Shown piece by piece: positions 8,482-18,172 of a stretch of DNA of 64,000 nucleotides. Made by a program: the position numbers and the translations under genes. The first letter of the stretch is position 1. The number at the start of each line of letters is the position of its first letter. The notes under the pieces were generated by a model. The model ran no database searches. It saw only the letters and a list, made by a program, of their open reading frames with translations, and was not told where the DNA came from. Source of the stretch: a virus (lineage: Duplodnaviria > Caudoviricetes). The stretch lies in IMG/VR virus record IMGVR_UViG_2599185236_000001, positions 1 to 64,000 of that record. One strand, written 5' to 3'.

Positions 8482-9519
8482 ATGCAGAATGGACTGAATG
8501 GAATGCAAAGAACCGAACTCTCAGAGGTCTCCGCACATAAGGGAGCCGTGATCTTCCTTATGGATCGCTCGTACCTGCTTCCATTCAAGGTGATGATGCA
8601 CTCTCTTCGTGATGCGATCGAAAACAGGCAGGAAGATTTGGTGGTTCTCACTGATGACGCAACGCTAGTTGCTGACCCCTTCTTGAACCGTATATGCGAC
8701 AAAATCATCAAGATCGAAGACTCGCAACTGAAGCTGCTTAGGTCGATCGACCTTTCGTCTGTTCCTGACGAATTCAGACATCCAAAATATGGCGTTTACT
8801 GGTTCTTGAAGTTTCTAGTATTCGACAATTACGGATATGATTATCATCTCTACTTCGACACCGACATGCTGTGTCTCAACCGGTTCTTCAACTTCCGTGA
8901 CATCTACGCGCCTGAGCAGCGGTTTTCGGCATCTCCTACCATTGGCAAATCAGCGCTAGGGATCCCTAAGAGCTCGCGTGGCGAGGCACACGATGACGCA
9001 GAACGCAGTAGAATTGTAGAGACGACAAAGCTAATTGCATCACGTAACTACCGCTCAAATAGGTCAATCAATTCCGGTGTGATGAGCATTCCAAAGAGAT
9101 TGATTGGCGCCGATAGTGTGACAAGCTTGGTTCGTTTAGCGACTGAGAAATCATTCCGGCTGGAGCAAGAAGTCGTCCGCACTTGGGTTGCTGAGCTGGA
9201 CCCTGAGCTTTTTACCTGTCTTCCAATATGGTACAATATGCCCGAGCTTCCGTTAAGGGCCAGTGGCTATACCAACTCGATTGAGCGACTTCTGCCGTAT
9301 TCTTCGATCCTGCACTTCAACCTACACCCGAAACCTTGGAAGGGCGTAAGACAGGAAGACTGGGTTCATAGGATCTGGCATGATCACCGACAGCTGGCGG
9401 ACAACTGGATCGAACGGATGAGCGAAGCGCCCAAATTTGCCGAACGTTTGGCGACCCGCTATAAGATCGCCAAACGCGTTGTCAGCTCACGTGGGACGCT
9501 CAGCTCTGGATCGGAATGA
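8482..9519 (+). CDS. glycosyltransferase family 8
   Basis: LYFDTDML (DxD), INSGVM, EQEVV, LPIWYN, ILHF...KPW. Confidence 0.85.
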   Translation: MQNGLNGMQRTELSEVSAHKGAVIFLMDRSYLLPFKVMMHSLRDAIENRQEDLVVLTDDATLVADPFLNRICDKIIKIEDSQLKLLRSIDLSSVPDEFRHPKYGVYWFLKFLVFDNYGYDYHLYFDTDMLCLNRFFNFRDIYAPEQRFSASPTIGKSALGIPKSSRGEAHDDAERSRIVETTKLIASRNYRSNRSINSGVMSIPKRLIGADSVTSLVRLATEKSFRLEQEVVRTWVAELDPELFTCLPIWYNMPELPLRASGYTNSIERLLPYSSILHFNLHPKPWKGVRQEDWVHRIWHDHRQLADNWIERMSEAPKFAERLATRYKIAKRVVSSRGTLSSGSE

Positions 9520-10965
9520 GTAACGGCTCTGTAGGAATTGTTGTTTAAATTTTCGAAACCCGACATGACCGGCGCTGCCACCGCCGTCGTTTACGCAGAA
9601 AAATTTCAGCTTTTTGTACATTGCTCTCGACTGGAACGCTCGATAGTTCGTGTGACGAACTATCATAGACTCATCGTTTGCTTCTACTGCGGATCCTTTG
9701 TTCAGAGCGAAGTGATGATATAAAAACGATGCAACGGAGAGATCATCAGCGGTTCTAAACTTGGCCGCTCGTGTGCGGTGCAATTGCTCAGGCCAAGCTG
9801 TTTCAATCTCGTCAAATACGGACTTTTTAAACGCGTAAGGTGCATGTCGGTGGACTTGCGTTGGCCTAATCAAAAAACTAGATGCGATAAGGTTGGCACC
9901 GTTGACTGCAGCGTATTGCCACTCCTCAGCCTCGCCTGCGGCGCATAACTCCTCAAGATAAGGAACTGCGCCGTATGGCTCTAATCGGCTGATCGATCGC
10001 CCGTATTTCGTGAAGAAATCAGATCTCTGCACAAAGTCCGCAAGGAAAAAATCATCGTTGAAGTACAAGAAATTCTCTGACAGACCCGGAATCTTGTGAA
10101 GAAATGTCTCGATTGCATGAGAGTTGAAAGTTGGCAGGTACTGAGCGGGAATCACATCTTCGTGCATGACCCACTTCACGCGTTCACTTGGAACAAACCA
10201 TTCCGGCGGCTCGCAGTTAGATAGGATGTAAATTGTTGATACCCAGTGTGCATACGAATCGATCGACCGCAGGGAATACCTGAGCTCATCGGTCTGGTCG
10301 AACCGATCCTTATCCGCGGCAGGATGATGCGCGTGGATTTCATACAGTTCTCGCCATTTCTGGTCTGACGAATTTACCCACGTGTAGACAACGTCAATAG
10401 GCGAAGCTGGAATTATAGCCGCTTTGGAGCGCTGAGAAAGGCTTTCTCGCGACCGCCTCAACCTTTTCACTGGTGCTCGATCGCCTTGAGTGTGAAAGAA
10501 ATTTGCTGACTGCTTCCACAACGCGACCGAATAGCGGTCGATCAAAGTGCCGCTGGAGTCTACGATGGCCAACTCAACTCGCCCAGAGGTTGTCGGCTTC
10601 TGGACGAACGATTTGAACCTACCTCGCGTTAGATCCTTCCACTCTTTCTGATCAGCTAGATAAATATAGACTTTCTGCCCTGCGGAATCAGCGAGCTTCA
10701 GCAGTGCTTCAAAGATGAATGGAAAAGAGGCGGCGGCGAGGTCGATGTCCCGAGCGTCCCCGGATGCAGGGGCCGTAATGTTAAGGTTTACGGCCTCCAA
10801 CACGTCACCTGGCCCAGAGATCTGCCGTCCTTTGAACAATTTCTCGAAGACGCCTTCCCATGCCATAGCTTGCCGGGACGGAAGGATCATATGAGTAACA
10901 GGGTAGCGAGCGTTCAAGACGTCGCGCAATTTGACCGCGTAACGATCCAAAGATTTTTTGAGCAC
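9487..10965 (-). CDS. Stealth family (CpsY/SacB-type) hexose-1-phosphate transferase
   Basis: CR1 PIDVVYTWVN, CR2 DELRYSLRSI...PTFNSHAIE...FLYFNDDFF, CR3 HAPY...KFRTADD, CR4 FFCVND; start uncertain (GTG 10965 chosen; ORF open to 11079). Confidence 0.92.
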   Translation of the reverse strand: MLKKSLDRYAVKLRDVLNARYPVTHMILPSRQAMAWEGVFEKLFKGRQISGPGDVLEAVNLNITAPASGDARDIDLAAASFPFIFEALLKLADSAGQKVYIYLADQKEWKDLTRGRFKSFVQKPTTSGRVELAIVDSSGTLIDRYSVALWKQSANFFHTQGDRAPVKRLRRSRESLSQRSKAAIIPASPIDVVYTWVNSSDQKWRELYEIHAHHPAADKDRFDQTDELRYSLRSIDSYAHWVSTIYILSNCEPPEWFVPSERVKWVMHEDVIPAQYLPTFNSHAIETFLHKIPGLSENFLYFNDDFFLADFVQRSDFFTKYGRSISRLEPYGAVPYLEELCAAGEAEEWQYAAVNGANLIASSFLIRPTQVHRHAPYAFKKSVFDEIETAWPEQLHRTRAAKFRTADDLSVASFLYHHFALNKGSAVEANDESMIVRHTNYRAFQSRAMYKKLKFFCVNDGGGSAGHVGFRKFKQQFLQSRYSFRSRAERPT

Positions 10966-10973
10966 AAATGGTC

Positions 10974-11951
10974 CTATTTCGTAGTTGCAGTACTCTGACC
11001 AACTGAGGGTCGAAACTGCACATAAGTAGACTTGGCGCCGATGATCATCTGCTTGTGTTCGGCAGTCATCGCTTCCCAATGATCGAGTGCGTCGGAGCGT
11101 CGCTCGAAAAGCAGCGTTGTACCATCATAACGGGTAATACTCACCGTTTGAAAGAAAGATGAACTCGGCCGGAATAAGGCTCTGTAAAGTGTCCGAAATA
11201 CGACCACTTCACAATCTCTTCCGAACGCAGCCCTAATGCGCTCGTAGTAGTCGGCATCTTCGCTTACGCTCTCATGTCGGAAATACCCTACCTTCTCAAG
11301 AACCTCCGCCCTCGGAAACATCATAGAAATGATACACTTCATCGTACGGCGGTCGTTGAGACGAATCGTACGCCCAGCATCGTTCGTTCGAACGTAGTTA
11401 CAAGTCGCAAGCTTCTTGTTAGGAAACCGTTGCAAAGCACGGAATTGCATCTCTAGGCGGCTATTCACGCTCACATCGTCTCCGTCCTGGAATGCGATGT
11501 ACTGCCCTCTAGCCATCGAAAGTCCGATATTACGGGACAGTCCTGTGCCAAGTTGAGCGTGATTCTCGACTATCTTGATCCGAGGATCTCTTTCAGCCAT
11601 AGCGCGTATGACTTCTATGGAACGGTCATCGCTCGCGTCGTCGATAACGAGGACTTCAAGCGGCGGCATCGTTTGGCGCAGCATCGAGTTGATCGAGGCC
11701 TTGATCGTCGTCTCGTTATTTCGGGTCGCGATGATGACTGAAACGCATGGCTCGAAGTTACGACCGAAGCGGCGACGAATCATACGATATGGCCACAACG
11801 CCTCGTAGGCGATCTGCGGATCCGCAATAAGGTCAGAGAGCTTTCCTTTGAAATCCAGCCGTTCGTACCATCGCGAGACCGCAGGCCCTATCAATGGAAT
11901 GTCCCTTAGGGTCTGCGGTGGATAACGCCTGAATTTGTGTAACACGTTCAA
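10974..11951 (-). CDS. glycosyltransferase family 2
   Basis: VSVIIATRN, EVLVIDDAS, N-x-G-x-SRNIGL, YIAFQDGDD, EDADYY. Confidence 0.92.
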   Translation of the reverse strand: MNVLHKFRRYPPQTLRDIPLIGPAVSRWYERLDFKGKLSDLIADPQIAYEALWPYRMIRRRFGRNFEPCVSVIIATRNNETTIKASINSMLRQTMPPLEVLVIDDASDDRSIEVIRAMAERDPRIKIVENHAQLGTGLSRNIGLSMARGQYIAFQDGDDVSVNSRLEMQFRALQRFPNKKLATCNYVRTNDAGRTIRLNDRRTMKCIISMMFPRAEVLEKVGYFRHESVSEDADYYERIRAAFGRDCEVVVFRTLYRALFRPSSSFFQTVSITRYDGTTLLFERRSDALDHWEAMTAEHKQMIIGAKSTYVQFRPSVGQSTATTK

Positions 11952-12062
11952 TCTCTTCGATGTTCAGACGAGAGTGGTTGTACCAGCGGCGTCTTTGTGA
12001 CACTTTTATGACGTTTATGTAACATCGACAAATGCAGCGCAAGTCGGAGAGGTAGAACAATT

Positions 12063-12854
12063 TTGATTAGGCAACGACCTGTGCTTGGTTCCGCACTGGT
12101 AGCGGTAGTTGCGACCCTTGGTGGGGTTGAAGCCCGAGCATGGAATTACCAAGGCCATCAGGTTGTCGCTGAGGTTGCGGAAAGCTATCTGAGTCCCGAC
12201 GTCAGAGATCGGGTCGACGAGTTGTTGCGTTCCGAAGGCAAGACCAGGTTGGCTGATATTGCGACATGGGCGGATGAGATGCGTGACCTTGATCGGCCGA
12301 GGCAACCGTCTCATGCCATACGGCTCCCGTTGACCAACGAACACTACGTCCAAGAGCGGGACTGTCGGAACAAGAACTGCATCCTCGAAGCAATCAACGC
12401 TGATCTTGCGGCTCTCAAGGATGGAGAGAAAACGGTCGCCGCTCGGGTAGCAGCGCTCAAATATCTAACCCATTTCATTGGCGATCTACACCAGCCGTTG
12501 CATGCGAGTATCGACACGGGACAACAAAATGTTATTTTCGAAGGGAAAGAGATGACCTTGCACGGGGTATGGGATCGAGGCCTTATCCAGTGTCAAATCA
12601 ACAACGTCCGAACATTGCTTGAAACAGCGCCACCCTTCGATCGAAATGACGTCAATGTTGTTTCGTGGGCGGAGGAGTCCCGATCCATCGCCCGAGACTT
12701 CATATTCCCGAACTTCAACAAGAACACAAATCAGCCTGTCGTCTTGGAAGAAACCTACTGCAAAAAGTTCAGTGGTATTGTCGTAAGCCAACTACAGAAG
12801 GCGGGTCGACGTTTGGCAAATCTTTTGAACGCCAACGTGGCAAAGCAAAAGTAA
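12063..12854 (+). CDS. secreted S1/P1 zinc nuclease
   Basis: signal peptide ending EARA then W-N-Y-Q-G-H; WADE, HFIGDLHQPLH, LHGVWD, QLQKAGRRLA. Confidence 0.9.
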   Translation: MIRQRPVLGSALVAVVATLGGVEARAWNYQGHQVVAEVAESYLSPDVRDRVDELLRSEGKTRLADIATWADEMRDLDRPRQPSHAIRLPLTNEHYVQERDCRNKNCILEAINADLAALKDGEKTVAARVAALKYLTHFIGDLHQPLHASIDTGQQNVIFEGKEMTLHGVWDRGLIQCQINNVRTLLETAPPFDRNDVNVVSWAEESRSIARDFIFPNFNKNTNQPVVLEETYCKKFSGIVVSQLQKAGRRLANLLNANVAKQK

Positions 12855-12866
12855 GAGTTTAAGATC

Positions 12867-13292
12867 GTGAAGTCGCTAGCAGAAATTATCCAGATCTTGC
12901 GCGAATGCAATGGGCCAAGTCGTCATGTCGACTTTCAGATAGCGCAGCACCTTGGCTGGAAAGAGAACTCTAACAGGGTTTCGCGTAGCGGAGACAGCAA
13001 GACAGTTTGGCTTAATCCTGAAACGGCTCAGCCCGGCAAGGTGCCTGCGTTCACTAAAGAGCTGCAGCATTCCTTTAGGCTTTTACAATATATTTGCCCA
13101 GAGTACGCTGGTGCCGCAATCCGCAAGGGGAAAACTGCTATTGTACAGGTCGAGCACTATGAGCCATCGGAGGCTACGACCTTACCTCTCGCTATGTGCC
13201 AGGCAGCGCTGTTGGTTCTAGCTGACAGGTCCTCTCAAAACCTCCACGCTACAGGTTCCAACTCCAGCAATTCAGCTGGTGATGTCTGGTGA
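12867..13292 (+). CDS. phage ABA-sandwich/NinX-like domain protein (copy 2)
   Basis: NGPSRHVDFQIAQHLGW...VPAFT...TLPLAMCQAAL; visibly paralogous to 8059-8475. Confidence 0.55.
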   Translation: MKSLAEIIQILRECNGPSRHVDFQIAQHLGWKENSNRVSRSGDSKTVWLNPETAQPGKVPAFTKELQHSFRLLQYICPEYAGAAIRKGKTAIVQVEHYEPSEATTLPLAMCQAALLVLADRSSQNLHATGSNSSNSAGDVW

Positions 13293-13385
13293 CGATAGCG
13301 AAGTTTCTAGGGAAATACTTGCGAGCCCTAGCGCGGCACAGTGATCCGGCTTGCGCCTTGTCGCATGCCGGATCTCCTGATTCTG

Positions 13386-13709
13386 CTAAGGTCGTTTATC
13401 GCCGCTACCCTTATACCACCTGTTCCAATTCACGCCCTTCCCACGTTCGCGAGGATCGAACCATTCCCCGCCGTACCTATCTAGGAAGGCCTGCGCAGCA
13501 GGTTTGGTGGCGAAGCAGTGGATATTGTAATGCTCGTCTTCGTAGAAAACGGTATGGCCTCGATCGCACCTGAGAAGGCGGTTCTTCTTGCAAAACTCAG
13601 CCTGCTCGAAACCGAGCTCGCCCCGCGACAAGGTCTCCCTCAGTGCAATCTGGTGGGGCCAACCTCGATCAATCTCACTAGCGGTGAGTTCGCCTTTTCT
13701 TCTACTCAT
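13386..13709 (-). CDS. hypothetical protein (SOS-boxed)
   Basis: MSRRKGELTASEIDRGWPHQIAL...CFA...FDPRERGKG. Confidence 0.65.
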   Translation of the reverse strand: MSRRKGELTASEIDRGWPHQIALRETLSRGELGFEQAEFCKKNRLLRCDRGHTVFYEDEHYNIHCFATKPAAQAFLDRYGGEWFDPRERGKGVNWNRWYKGSGDKRP

Positions 13710-13718
13710 GCTGCATTT

Positions 13719-13733
13719 GTTCACTATTTGTTC
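13719..13733 (-). promoter_or_regulatory. alphaproteobacterial LexA box
   Basis: GTTC-actattt-GTTC 10 bp upstream of the 13709 start. Confidence 0.72.
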
Positions 13734-14012
13734 TAGGCGGTCAAGCGTGCGCCATACCTGAAATTTGCTAGGTAGACATGGATCAAATTGCTGGCACCAT
13801 AGCCTCAGCTCTGCACGTAGTTATCGCGAAACGACAGAGCGGGGCGAAAGTCCTGGCGGCCGTCCGGCGTGGAAAACGGTATGACCGCCTACTTGGAACT
13901 TTTGGATAGTGGCCTAGTTGAGGAGCTGTCGCTGCCGCGCCCCAGTTTCCGTCCCTAAGACGTATCCCACGGCGCTGGCGGTGACGCCATTCAGGATGGA
14001 AACTCCCCAATT

Positions 14013-14039
14013 AGCCCGCTTCGAGCGGGCTTCTTTTTG
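14013..14039 (+). terminator. intrinsic terminator
   Basis: AGCCCGCT-TCG-AGCGGGCT followed by TCTTTTTG. Confidence 0.65.
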
Positions 14040-14490
14040 TCGGCCGAAAACCCCGCATTGAAACAGGGGCGCTTAGTTGGCGGTTCTGCCCGTTCACACG
14101 AATTAATGGAAAAACTGGGGTACTGTACAGGAACTTCGACCCGCACTCGCGGTTGCTGGAAATATGAATGTCCGTCTGTTGCTTTTGCTACGCCACCTAA
14201 GCTCTAGATCCTTCAAAGAACCTCCAGCCGGTGTGGGTATGAAAACGATGATCGAAGCTCGGGATTGCGGTCTCATTGATTTCGACATGAACAGCAAACC
14301 GCTACGCGGTCGTCTTACACCTCTCGGTCTTGCGACCAGGAAAATAATTCCGCTCTCGCACTCTTGATCAGCGAGCAGCTACCATTCCGTCTGTTACCGT
14401 ACTGACTGAAAAACGGGCTATCTTAATCATACCATTTGCTTACTTTATGCTCATCGTTGGCGATTAGGTTGCAGGCGCCGGCGGCTGAGG

Positions 14491-14802
14491 GTGCTAGATG
14501 CCCCCGCCTGCATAAAGACGGGAGGTGGTTACGTGTACCCCCTCAAATCTACTACGATAACAAGCGATTCCGCTCTCCGCGAGACACTGCTGAGATGGGC
14601 TAAGCACCTCGCCAGTTCCGAGGTGGACCAAATTGCGCTCGTGGAACGCACCATCGCTGTCGCACTCGAAGAACCAGATACTCTGCTCTCAAGTACCGTC
14701 GAGCGCGGCTTGATGATGCTGATGCTTCGCATCGTTTGCGATGATGCAGGAAATCCGCCTGTCGGCACGACACCGAAGGGATCGAGCGCCCCGGGCCCTT
14801 AG
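14491..14802 (+). CDS. hypothetical protein
   Basis: helical ORF, start uncertain. Confidence 0.35.
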   Translation: MLDAPACIKTGGGYVYPLKSTTITSDSALRETLLRWAKHLASSEVDQIALVERTIAVALEEPDTLLSSTVERGLMMLMLRIVCDDAGNPPVGTTPKGSSAPGP

Positions 14803-14820
14803 TTTAGACCGCCCCGGCAT

Positions 14821-14849
14821 TCGATGTTAGGGCGGTGGGGGCTAAGGCT
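14821..14849. repeat. direct repeat, copy 1
   Basis: TCGATGTTAGGGCGGTGGGGGCTAAGGCT; matches 16034-16061 with 1 mismatch and 1 G indel. Confidence 0.85.
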
Positions 14850-15597
14850 ACGCCACTATGGTCAGAATGGCGAGCAAGTCGGTAGTGACCAGTGCTGCGA
14901 GAACATACGCCACGAACGCGCTCATCAACCTGCGTGAACGAGATGCGATCATATTCAAAAGGCTCTTGTTTCTCCAAGAACCCCAGCAAAGGTGAACACC
15001 TAGGGTGTCCGCTGATCGTTTGCCTGACAGCTTGAAACGAGAAAATTCGGGGTAGATCGAAGACGCGGGGAGAAGGGTTACAAAGTCCCTCCACTTCTCA
15101 GAGCTCGCGATGAAGAGGGATAGCGCGTGCGGCCCCGCTAGCAAAAGGACCTGCTTTTCACCGCCTTCCATTCGCTCGAAGGCACCCTCGACGAACTCAA
15201 GCCAGAACGGCAACTTAGGCTGAGATGCCATGAAGGCATTGCCAACCTTCCGCATCCCAATCCAATCATTGTGCTGCTCTTCCACGCCAAGAACAATCGT
15301 TGACCGGTGGAACGCCGGGTTCGGTTTTTTGAAAAACTTGTAGTCCGTGTCGACGTAAATCCCGCCCGCCTTATACAGGTAGAGGCATCTGGCGATGTCG
15401 GCCTTAATCACGCCCCGGCCAATTGAACGATAGGCTTCAACCCTGTGAGGCATGATTTCAGCGACAAGAGCTTCGTTTTCCTCGTCCCCCCAGAAGAGAA
15501 AGTCGTAATCGTTCAGGACGTTTCTGGCCCTCTTGATAACAACCTTTTCCTCTAGCGTAAGCGTGGCCGCAGTATGATGAATAATCTTAGGTATCAT
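14848..15597 (-). CDS. glycosyltransferase family 32 (DXD sugar-binding; OCH1-like)
   Basis: MIPKIIHHT, ADIARCLYLYKAGGIYVDTD, GP, H-x-x-x-GSW, C-terminal TM. Confidence 0.9.
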   Translation of the reverse strand: MIPKIIHHTAATLTLEEKVVIKRARNVLNDYDFLFWGDEENEALVAEIMPHRVEAYRSIGRGVIKADIARCLYLYKAGGIYVDTDYKFFKKPNPAFHRSTIVLGVEEQHNDWIGMRKVGNAFMASQPKLPFWLEFVEGAFERMEGGEKQVLLLAGPHALSLFIASSEKWRDFVTLLPASSIYPEFSRFKLSGKRSADTLGVHLCWGSWRNKSLLNMIASRSRRLMSAFVAYVLAALVTTDLLAILTIVA

Positions 15598-15713
15598 TAA
15601 TATAGCCTCAGCAATACTAATCTAACGCAACCAATAATCGGTGGCCGTGTCAATTGGAGACTTCATCGGTAAGGTTGTTTTCACGGGAAGTCGTGCCGAG
15701 GCAGCGCCCGACG

Positions 15714-15962
15714 CTAGGGAGCAGGGTCAGCGCTTGCGCGATATTCCCTCTCGCAACGAACGTAACACTGCTTTCTGTATCGCTCGGATCGTGGCTTGCA
15801 CACAACCTCACGATCATCCCCCTGAGACACGCAGTCGTTGACCATGAGATCGGCACCAAAGTCACAGGTATCCGACTTGCAGAACTTAGGCGATTCAGCG
15901 CGGGCCAAGCCACCTCCGGCGTAGACAATCAAGATGAGCCACAAGGCGCCATACTGCCGCAT
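15714..15962 (-). CDS. small secreted cysteine-rich protein
   Basis: RBS GGGAGGGAG, signal-like MRQYGALWLILIVYAGGGLARA, six Cys. Confidence 0.5.
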   Translation of the reverse strand: MRQYGALWLILIVYAGGGLARAESPKFCKSDTCDFGADLMVNDCVSQGDDREVVCKPRSERYRKQCYVRCEREYRASADPAP

Positions 15963-16033
15963 GCTCCCTCCCCAGATTGGAAGGAACATCATGACGCCGA
16001 GGAATCGGACGCGCATCACCCGCGCGGGTTAGG

Positions 16034-16061
16034 TCGACGTTAGGGCGGTGGGGCTAAGGCT
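16034..16061. repeat. direct repeat, copy 2
   Basis: TCGACGTTAGGGCGGTGGGGCTAAGGCT containing the acyltransferase stop codon. Confidence 0.85.
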
Positions 16062-18009
16062 GCAGATCGCCTAGTAGAATGTTGGAATTTTCGCGCGCCA
16101 GCCGCTTAGACGTTGTCTCGGTGATATGTCCGTTATCGAAATAGATCGGCTTGCCATCGAAAGTCATTGAGCAATCCATCGTGCAAATCTGGCTGAGTAG
16201 ATCCACGAACTGAAAGCCTTGCTTGTAGGCCGCTTGCTTTACAAGCTCATTCACTTGAACAATTTCATCAAGGTTCTCTGGCCCGAGATAGCTATCGCGA
16301 TTTCCGAAATACGACAAACGAGCGAGCCCACTTGGTAAGTTCATACGGGCGGCTGGCACAGGTCCGACTATCACGACGCGATGAGCAAGTGTCATATAGT
16401 CGGCAAATGCCCGGGCAATTTCCGAGGAGAAAGTGTCAACGTTTCGGCTCCAGTGGCCTACCCATGCTGCCTCAACAAGCAGCACGTCGACCGGATCTCT
16501 CTTCAATAACGCTGGCAGGTCTGCCTGGATCCGGCTGCAGATACCCCGTGCCTGCAGGAAGCCGCCCGACATACCCGGAACCGGCGGACACGAGTCAGCA
16601 CCAACAAAGACGCCACTAACGCCCTTGTGTCTTGCTTCCTCTGAAAGACCGTCAGCGAGAGCGGCGGCGGTCGAATCGCCCCACAAGACAAGCCTAACCG
16701 GCCCTTGCGATCCGAGCCTGCACTTGCTGAACTCCAATGTCTCCGGTGCCTCGAAACCTAGGCAGTGTCGAAAATTGCCATTATCCTTTCCAGCTGCTTC
16801 TATAGCTTGCACCGCATCTGGGACGCGCTGGGGGAAGCCCACGGTAAATAATAACACAGCCGCTATCGCCGAAATGAAGCTGGCAGCGCCGGCAGTTGCC
16901 GCCGTCCTGCGTAAAGGCCCCTTATCGGACTTCTTGCGGAAGGGCTGCTCGATGAAGCGCCACGAAAGAAACCCTAGTCCAACGCTTGCTGCGACGATCG
17001 CAATCGTTACCGCAAACGGCTCGTCATGGACCCATATGTAACGGACGAAAACAATAATGGGCCAATGCACAAGGTAGATTGAATAGGATGCTTGCCCAAG
17101 CGCTCGCACTGGAGGCAAAGACAGCGCCCGACATGTCCAGCTCTCCGGGTTTCTTAAACCGCCCCAAATCAGTGCCCCCGCGCCCAGGCACGGAAGCAAA
17201 GCCGTGAACCCGGGGAATATCGTCTTTGACGTAAACACAACTGCGGCGAACACAATGGCGATGAGACCAGCGACGGAGACCGCAGATGACAATATTGCTC
17301 CAGGCAAAAGCCTCGTTGAGGTCATTGCGATGAATGAGCCTATAAGAAATTCCCAAGCGCGGAACGGCACCAGATAGAACGTCGGCGTGGGTTTATAAAT
17401 TGCGCCCCAAACGCTTAGGACAAAACTTGCCACGAATACCACGACCAAAGCCGCCCAAAGAAGACCGTGGCGGTGCCTGAGCACCATCGTCAACAGAGGA
17501 AGTGCTAAATAAAACTGCCATTCGACGGCAAGTGTCCAAGTATGGAGGAATGGATTTGTCTCCAGCGTAGGAGAAAAATAGCTTGTTTGCTTCCAGAATA
17601 CGAAATTCTGTAGCATGAACGGCGCTGCAAAAAGCGATCTCGCAGCTTGCGCCGCCTCATCCGGAAGAAGGATTACTGATGAGAGGATGCCGGCCACAAC
17701 CATGGTAGCCAGATACGCTGGGAGAATTCGGCGACACCTTGCATACCAAAAGCTGCCGAACGAAAAGTTTTTCGAGAGGCAAATCCTAGTAATCAAAAAT
17801 CCCGAAATCACGAAAAACACGTCAACGCCGACGTAGCCGCCCGTAAGAGTCGTATTACTTATGTGGAACCATAAGACTAAGACTACTGCCAAAGCACGAA
17901 TGCCATCAACAAAGTCGAGGTAACGACCATCGCCCGCCGCGTGCAGCCGATTAGAAACAACCCTGGCGTCCACAAAAATCCCCAAAGTATCTGAAGAAAA
18001 TATCACCAA
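16054..18009 (-). CDS. O-acyltransferase, AT3-SGNH (OafA/OatA-type)
   Basis: DGIRALAV, GYVGVDVFFVISGFLIT, RCRRILP, HTWTLAVEWQFY, SYSIYLVHWP; C-terminal GDS...DNGH. Confidence 0.93.
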   Translation of the reverse strand: MVIFSSDTLGIFVDARVVSNRLHAAGDGRYLDFVDGIRALAVVLVLWFHISNTTLTGGYVGVDVFFVISGFLITRICLSKNFSFGSFWYARCRRILPAYLATMVVAGILSSVILLPDEAAQAARSLFAAPFMLQNFVFWKQTSYFSPTLETNPFLHTWTLAVEWQFYLALPLLTMVLRHRHGLLWAALVVVFVASFVLSVWGAIYKPTPTFYLVPFRAWEFLIGSFIAMTSTRLLPGAILSSAVSVAGLIAIVFAAVVFTSKTIFPGFTALLPCLGAGALIWGGLRNPESWTCRALSLPPVRALGQASYSIYLVHWPIIVFVRYIWVHDEPFAVTIAIVAASVGLGFLSWRFIEQPFRKKSDKGPLRRTAATAGAASFISAIAAVLLFTVGFPQRVPDAVQAIEAAGKDNGNFRHCLGFEAPETLEFSKCRLGSQGPVRLVLWGDSTAAALADGLSEEARHKGVSGVFVGADSCPPVPGMSGGFLQARGICSRIQADLPALLKRDPVDVLLVEAAWVGHWSRNVDTFSSEIARAFADYMTLAHRVVIVGPVPAARMNLPSGLARLSYFGNRDSYLGPENLDEIVQVNELVKQAAYKQGFQFVDLLSQICTMDCSMTFDGKPIYFDNGHITETTSKRLARENSNILLGDLQP

Positions 18010-18110
18010 CTTAGTTACTTGTAGGCTTTGTATAGCGCAAGGCGGATTGGATGGATTTCTCAGCTATCCTTAATCCTGATAGGGGGGTGCTATGATGGTC
18101 GACGTGCAAA

Positions 18111-18125
18111 GTTCATTTTCTGTTC
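18111..18125 (-). promoter_or_regulatory. possible LexA box upstream of acyltransferase
   Basis: GTTC-attttct-GTTC, intergenic, about 100 bp upstream of the start. Confidence 0.45.
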
Positions 18126-18172
18126 GTCTGCACGTCGAGCCAGTGAGACATAATGGTCTAACAGCTGCGGGG

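Noticed and set aside
10966-11079. N-terminal extension of the Stealth ORF overlapping GT2
   Set aside because: Overlaps the GT2 3' end in another frame; a start near 10965 is more parsimonious.
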